DNA of 52,176 nucleotides, filler included, from Perkinsus olseni (Eukaryota): NCBI GenBank assembly GCA_013115125.1. It is 2 parts of 2 records of this genome, joined end to end, with 100 filler letters (N's around TTAATTAATTAA, not from the genome) between each part and the next. Parts side by side here need not be neighbours in the genome. Positions count along the whole stretch, not along the records: positions 26,156 to 52,176 come from JABANN010000490.1; 1 more part is not named here. One strand, 5' to 3'. Shown piece by piece: positions 45,103 to 52,176 of this stretch (position 1 is its first letter; each line of letters starts with the position of its first letter). The notes under the pieces were generated by a model. It saw only the letters and a program-made list of their open reading frames with translations, ran no database searches and was not told where the DNA came from. The position numbers and the translations under genes were made by a program.

Positions 45103-46828
45103 CTAAAGGCAGAGCCACAAGGCAGTGTTGCACTTGAAGCCACTGCCTAGGGCGATCTGCAACACGCTGTCACCGGCCTTCAACTTGCCGGACTTCTCGA
45201 GGATGCCCATCTCATACCAAACAGAGGTGCTCATCGTGTTACCGTGCTTGGCAAGACTCTCTCTCGACGGATGCACGTCTTTCTCAGTAAGATTGAGCAC
45301 CTCCATAATATTGTCGATGACAGCGCGTCCACCCGCATGAACACAGAAATAGTCGACGACGTGTGGGAGGTCTGAAGGCGCCAGTTGCGCACTACGGCTG
45401 AAGGGGCGGAGGAAAGTTGGCAAGCGGCTCATCCGGGGCAGGAGCTGCTTGAGGTTGAGCATGAGGGCCTCCCCAGCCACCGGGACGATGCTCTTAGAGA
45501 GGCAAAGGCTGAGGATACCATCCTTGTCAGTGCCTTGCCAGGCGGCGGTGAGAGCTTCCTCTTTGACGACTTGTGATCGGACGGTATCAAGCAGTTCGTA
45601 TTTACCTGACAAACGTGTACACTATATCCGACTGGGGCAAACTGGATGTCGACCTACAATTGCCGGTGTTCCAATTGGTCAGGAGTGCCGCTGTCGCTCC
45701 GTTGCGGAAGAGTACATTCGACATAACGCGGCTTCTTTCATTCCCAGAATAGAATTGCCTGGCGTAAGACTCGGCCGAAATCACAACGCAGAGGGAACCG
45801 AGCGGCGCATGCTCGAGAAGACGACGGCCTAGGTCCATGGAGATAACGTTGGCAGAGCACCCCATACCTGTACAGGTGGAAATAGGGTAACGAAGAGGGG
45901 ATGGGTCGTACCGGAGATGTTATAAGTGAGACAATCGCTCCTCAGGCCAAACTTATTCGATACCATGGCAGAGAGGGAGGGAGTGGGGTTGAAAAAGGAG
46001 CAGTTTAAGACCAGAAACTGAAGCAACAGCATTTCATGTGAGCTCACGCTTGTTCGAACTCACATCGATCTGCTTGCCCTTGATCCCAGTCTTGTCCAAC
46101 AGCCCCTGCATGATTTGCGTGAGGATGCAGTCCATCTCTTCGCGAGCATCCCCCATGGTACCCGTCCAGGTCTTACCGGTCTTCAGACTCTCTGTCTGAA
46201 GGAAGAGGAGGTAGGCGCGTACAGCACATCCCGGGTCCCCAACGTACTATATTGGGAGGCAACGCGCTGCCTGAGCGGATGCCTGAGTGTGTGAGAACAC
46301 GTCTGGCGAAGTCCTTGCTCTCCTCAGTGATGTTGGGATGACTGGACTTGATGGAAATGATGTCCTCATGGGATACTTCCCAGCTCTGTCAAAAAAGGGA
46401 AAATGAGTGACGACGGAAACGAGGCAAGCACCTCACTCGAAGGCTACCTTGGGCGCGAAAAATTCCTGATGATCGATACAGTAGACAGCAGGCTCTCGGG
46501 CCTTGACGATTATCGGTATCAAGATGGCGACCGCAAGAGGCAGTAGTCCTGCAAAGAGAGCTATACATGTGCAGAGGACGGACAAGGTCGGGTAATGCTA
46601 CCAGCATAGCCACAACAGGCCATCCATAAGGCAAGCACCAAAGTCAGTGCAGCGGCAGTGCCGACTAACACCTGGTACCTGATCAATAGACTTGAAGTCA
46701 TCCTATTGAACTGAGAGGCAAGCTGCCCACCTTCTGAGAAAGACACGGCAGAGCCTGAAGGCCTTTATAGTGGTGTCAACGCGAGAGTGGGTACCCATGA
46801 AGTCGGTGGCCTCGGACTCAGTAGACAT
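45103..46828 (-). CDS. FAE1-type 3-ketoacyl-CoA synthase (fatty acid elongase), multi-exon
   Basis: Motifs [22 protein letters not shown] (catalytic Cys), [11 protein letters not shown] (His), [11 protein letters not shown] (Asn), [12 protein letters not shown]-terminal hydrophobic segment. Start inferred. Confidence 0.9.
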
Positions 46829-47403
46829 GGTAGTCTGAGAGGGGTGGGGCAGAAGAAGAGGCTGAGCGGAGGGGTTTTTGAGTGGAAGCGTAAGCATACA
46901 CGTCTGAAATGGTAGATTATACGGATCACAAGCGAAACGTTTATCAACAGCCTTAACGGGCCAAGCAGACAGACGGCAGAAAAACACAGGCCGATCAATA
47001 GTGGGTAATATAGACATGCTTGCCTGCGCTAAGCACCCCGTCACAACGGCACAGAAGGGCCAATGTGATGACGTGCTTGTGCCCGCGTGCAAAGCGATAG
47101 TAGTTGAGGGTTGTCAAGATATGGAAGACTTGCAAGATTTTCTTTTGGGCAAGGTCGTGAAGAGAAGAGGAAAACCATCATGCGCTCATCTGCGAGCAGG
47201 TCCTTAGAACCATCCAACCGGTGCACCCTAACACAGTGCGCATGATTGCCCCTCGTCATTGACTTCTGAATCCCTTAGAAATCTGTCGTCCCTGGGTGGG
47301 AGCGTGAATTGCCGTGACGGTCGTCAGACGCGGATCCTCCGGGCTTTCACAGCTCAGTGCTTCTCCACGCCAAGCGATCTCATTAGCTGTTATCTCCGAA
47401 CAC

Positions 47404-48846
47404 ATGAACTACGGCAGTGGCAAGGGGAATTGGGCAGGGCCGCCAGCTGTGCGTGGGGGGCCACCAACACTTGTGGAACCCCCGATTCCGGTAGGTCCGT
47501 CGTTGTAGTAGTAGTAGCTGCTCTCATCTTTGACACAATCCCCCATGCAATATAACCCGGAGCTCTTGCGTCTGAAGGGGTTCGATGAAGCAAGCTGCCC
47601 ATCTCTTCGGGTTTGTCTTGCCTCGAGCTGGGTACCCGAGCGGTCGACACTCACTAACGCTCATGCAGTGAAACTCTAGATCCGACAGAACGTCGAGATC
47701 ATTGTCGCCGAGGGGCTGGTTTCTCGGCTGTTACAGACGACTCATCACCATCCGTTGTTACCGTCATTGCTCCCATCGCGAGACGAAAGCAAAATTGGTC
47801 GAAACACGACAACAACTGTGGAGTCACACTCAAAAGCGAGACCGGGTCTCGGAGTTCTATAGTGGCACGATAATGCGACTCGAACTTTCTATTGTCATCA
47901 TGAGTGAATGACCTGAGGGAAAATCGAGCGTTTCGAAGGTGCACATTGGCGTGTCACTGTTCAGGCGGGGTATGCTCCCCCTACAGCTCCTCCGCCTCAG
48001 ACTCAAGTATTCGTACGTCATTTACCAGCAGACATGGATGAGAATGGTGTGAGAAATATGTTTGGTAAATTTGGTCCGATAGAGAGTGTCCTCTTCCGTG
48101 GTGACGGCGGTGCTTTGGTATTTGTACGCTTCCAATACCCAGAGTCAGCACAAGATGCCATCAGTCACATGAACAACTTTACAGTACCTTGGCCTACTGG
48201 TGGCCCGTACACTCTATTAGTTGAGTACGCTAAACCTAAGCTGGGTAGAGCTGGAAAGGGTATAGGTGGCAAAGGTGGCGGCAAGGGGTTCCATGGTAGT
48301 GCAGCAGACTGGGACGCTCCTACCCCCTCTGCTCGACCACCGCGTGAAAGAAGTAGATCCCCATACAGCGGTAGATGGGAGGACGGTGTATCCGGTAAAG
48401 GGAAAGGGAAAGGCAGAGGAGGTGGAGGCCTTGGCCCTCGAGGCCTCAAGGAAGCAACGTGTTTGGTCCATAATATTCCAGAAGGCACAACATGGGAACA
48501 TCTTAAGAACTTCTTCTTCAAGGCCGGGTTCGCCGTTCCACTCGGTAACCCCTGCAGTTGCCCCTGCAACCCATTCTCACCATCGTTCGTGTCAGTTAAC
48601 ATGGGTACTACTCCAGACGACTGCCCAGTTGGCATTGTTTCCTTCGAGTCTGTTGAGCAGATGCTCGACGCAATGAGGCAGCTGTCAAACTCCACCATGC
48701 ACGCTCCGAATAACGTAGGTTGGTGACACTGCTACGGAACTGGTTTTTATAATTAGCCCACTGGATTCTGGCCACCCGAAAAGTTTCGTTTCCTCGCGAT
48801 GAGCGCCTGGGATCAAGACAGAAATGATGTAAATCGCCCTGCATAA
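47404..48846 (+). CDS. RRM-domain RNA-binding protein with Gly/Lys-rich and RS-like linker
   Basis: RNP2/RNP1-like VFVRHLP and VFVRF; second RRM LVHNIPEGTTWEHLKNFF...GIVSF; RERSRSP. Intron 47491-47964 is in frame; 3' end approximate. Confidence 0.75.
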
Positions 48847-49375
48847 AAATTCTGTTGGGAATGACGAATTCTGGCACCGCTCAACAGCACACTGCCTTCG
48901 CAGCCGTCGGAGGCCGCAAGTCGGATCATCTACATGGAGCCAGAAGGCATGCTGCGCCCGACTCCAGGCGCATTCTTCAAGCGAATTGAACAACATGCTG
49001 CGAAGGAAGATGGGCCACCATTGGAAAGTATCAAAGAACAGGGTAACACTACCACACCAGCTCTGCTCACACTACCATTACACCACTAACACGGATTAGT
49101 TTGTAGCTGTTTACATTGCATAGATCTCGGTGATAAGCCAAAAGCCCAATCACATTGCTTCTTTTCCGACTACACACCTAGTCAGGAGGCACGCCTTATA
49201 AGCCATCACAATGTCAAGTTGAAAATTCACGCTGCGTTCGTGGTGTGCACGGTGAAAAGTATTGATTGGATGGAAAGATTATCGACATGTGAAATGCAGG
49301 ACAGAATCCAAAAGGCGAGATTGCATACGGCTTGATGCGCCCCAGCACTCCATGAAGTGCATCTTAGTCGCATTA

Positions 49376-49858
49376 GGTGGAGATCTTTGCACTGTCTACT
49401 GCGGTGGCCTAGCGGCTGACGTACCAGCGGAGGAACTAAGCAACCTGTTCACACCGTTTGGGAAGATCGTCCGTCTTGATATCAAGCCGCCATTCTATGA
49501 ATGGAAAGGGTGAGTTGAACTGCTCGTTGAGGCTGTCCGTGTCGGCTATCATGACCCATAGAGTCCTCATTGCGTGTACTGGGTACTGGAGGGCGCGGAG
49601 AGCCGACCAACGTGCCACTGTGATGCTGATAGCCTATGTGCTTCCAGATCATATGCATTCGTCCTGTACGACAATGCAGAGAGCGCCACCAACGCAGTGA
49701 ACGCACTGGACGGTTTGGAGATGGCAGGGGCCCCCAACGGACGTATAACGTAAGGAGCAGCTTGCCGACATCACGCCGTGCATCGCTACTGTAATGCTTT
49801 TCTTAGAGTCCAGATCCAGGTGCAGAGGAAGCACTGGCCAGGGTTCAGAGCGCATTGA
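49376..49858 (+). CDS. Additional spliced RRM domain (third RRM of the upstream gene or a separate gene)
   Basis: TVYCGGLAADVPAEELSNLFTPFGKI ... YAFVLYDNAESATNAVNALDG. Confidence 0.65.
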
Positions 49859-50468
49859 TTGGCTGACACTTCGTGATTATCGTCATAGTTTTAATCGCCT
49901 GCTATACTCGAGTTATCTAAAAGGAAGGAGTTCTTGTTGAGTCGTCAGTTTGGGGGATGTATCACAGACACGGACATAACTGTACTTAACCTTCGCACAA
50001 GTGACCAAGCCGAGCCTACGGCGTGCATCTGGAAGTTACCACGCAACCACCATGCAAGAAGGGCGGAAACGGCACTACCCCAATGGAGTTTTACGTCGAG
50101 GCCAAGTGGTAAAGTAGATGTCACTGAATGCCATCTCGGTGAACATCGGAAGAAAAGTGCGACTTACGATTCGACCAGTCAATCGTGTTTGCACCATTCT
50201 CAATAAGCTCCAAGTCCGGGTTGGCCGGGCGTTCGCTCGCTCGCCTCAGGAGACGCAGCATCGTTACAGCCCGAAGGGAGTTTTTCCGTACATTTTCTGG
50301 TGATACTTTCCCCTGAGACATATGTCGTTACCACTATCAGCCCCGCCTGCTCTTCGGTGTGGCTTATTCTAGGGGTGTTACCGTAGACTGAATCCTTTCC
50401 CTCTGTGCTCGGGAATTTTCTGAGAGGTCTTGCGCTGTCGCTGTCAGCTCATGTTCAACAATCGGACA

Positions 50469-51520
50469 ATGGTTACACCCATCTTGGTGATTGCTTCTCT
50501 GGTGAACGTGGCAGAAGCATCCTCAAATCGAAGGCTACCAAGTCTGAGCCTCTCTTCTCTCTCCGAGGACGCCTTCGAGTCGGACCGCGAAGGCTCTTCA
50601 TCTTCTACATCACATACCTTCGATAAAGCTCAGCCGGGTAGACTCTATGGCCGCCTAAACCCCCCTATTGTGTATGAGCCAGCGAGGCCTGGGGACGAAG
50701 AATGCGGTGTGCCTTACAAGCTCCCCACTATAGGACGGGAGCGCAGGTTCGTTGCGGCCATCGAGCCTAGTCTGCCTTTTCTGCCAAGAGTAAGCCGGGT
50801 AAATGACCCAGTAGCGAGCGTCTGCTCTCGAGCCGACCGGACACTCCTGCAGGGCCCAGTCGAGTTCGTTGCTCGCCAATACCTCCCCAGTCGCGATCCT
50901 CCCATGCCACAGTTCGTTTCGTTCAGGAAGTGATCGGCTTGGTCGAGATGAGGGTCCCATACGAAGAACCGCGATATGGGGAAGTCATCTCGATTATCAA
51001 GTCTGGGATGTAGCACGCGCTGGGGCCGCCCTAGCTACTGATCCTCTCACCCACAGTGCCACTGACCTCTTCGCTGCCAGAAGTTGTATTCAGGAGCGAC
51101 ACTCGCCCGAATACAACACAAGTATGTCACATCGCTCAGTTCTCCGTTGATGAGAGCTGGAAAGACGACGGAGTGCGAGAGAAGCTGCTCGAGGAGGCCC
51201 TTGCTGATGTTAGGCTGAGCTCTGGCATCTCTGATGAGCTATTTTACTTCAGCTATGGCGCGAACGTCCTGGAGTGGCGGCTGCTTTCACCGTTGAAAAT
51301 AGCGACGACGTTGACGCGATGATGCTGTACGGGGTGGCCGACTTCGCACGCCTAGAGTCAGCTCGAGGCAAGGTGAGGTTGCTCGTGTCTCGGTGGCATG
51401 AGCCTAGTTCGCCTCCCATCACAATTTGGAGTGTCCACCGACAGTCATTCTGGTTGTGATAATGACTCACCTGTTATCCCCGAACAGGTACCAGAAGGCT
51501 CCGTCGTCTATGTCTACTAC
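50469..51520 (+). CDS. Putative secreted hypothetical protein, multi-exon
   Basis: Signal-peptide-like MVTPILVIASLVNVAEA; downstream exon CHIAQFSVDESWKDDGVREKLLEEAL is weakly GNAT-like. Confidence 0.3.
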
Positions 51521-52176
51521 TTTTAGTCTTTGTAACCATGACTTCCTCCTGTTGGTCCCTCTGGTGTGTTATCGTAGAAACATGTCGTGTTCGAGCTCAC
51601 ACTCGCGAACTCAGTACTCTCACTGCTTGTAGGAAAGAATATCTCCACTCACGAGGAGATCGAGCATAACATCGAGGTGTTATAGGTCGAGCTGATTCTA
51701 CGAAGTCTGATGCTGATTGTAGGTGCGAACGTGGCTTTTATCGGCATCACTTCCCCGTGCACGAGGCACTGGAACAGACGGTGGGTCGAAAGAGGCATTG
51801 TGATGAAGAATCGTGACAGAGGCTGTTGATACTTGGCATGAGGATCTCTCCGTGTGTCTGACGCTTTAGATGAATCACCCATCACTGTCGGTCTGTTTGA
51901 AACGCGTGAACTCTTCACGCGGAGTATGGGTTAATCAGAAGACCCTTACTTTTGACCGTTCCAGTTATTATTTGACCCCGCCTAATGAGAGCACCAACCC
52001 TCACGATTATCCTGTGCACTGGTATATGTGAGATCACTGCCCTTCGTTTTCTTCTCGTCAGTCCGAGAAGGCTAGAATTAAGAACAATATGTGTAATCCA
52101 GGAAACACAATACCCAGATATAGGAGAGGTTAATCTCAATTGATTATCCAATCTCAATCAATCATTCACAGTTGAA

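Noticed and set aside
1-52176. CRISPR array, rRNA or Perkinsus-type spliced-leader gene
   Set aside because: No regularly spaced repeat-spacer array, rRNA signature or ACCGTAGCCATC..GGCTCAAG sequence seen by eye.

Overview
Eukaryotic, intron-rich protist DNA. Short GT-AG introns of about 40-55 nt, a CDPK and a plant-type FAE1 elongase suggest an alveolate, probably Perkinsus-like (inference). Recognisable genes: a GH18 chitinase-like secreted protein, a calcium-dependent protein kinase, an Sfi1-repeat-like protein, a sulfotransferase-like ORF, NOP58, a FAE1/KCS elongase, RRM proteins, tRNA-Gln(CTG) and tRNA-Pro(TGG). Mobile DNA: a structurally complete Ngaro/PAT-type tyrosine-recombinase retrotransposon, a TRIM with solo-LTR relatives, and a MITE-like element. 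There is a scaffold gap at 26056-26155. Two unexplained patterns stand out. First, about 15 tRNA-3'-half/B-box modules lie almost all inside spliceosomal introns, including five consecutive CDPK introns, and often coincide with the splice sites. Second, a recurrent 22-bp scar X[1-7]+revcomp(X)+X[2-8] on an 8-bp target, plus many palindromes with 1-nt loops, is consistent with hairpin-mediated excision repair. All exon structures were inferred by eye.
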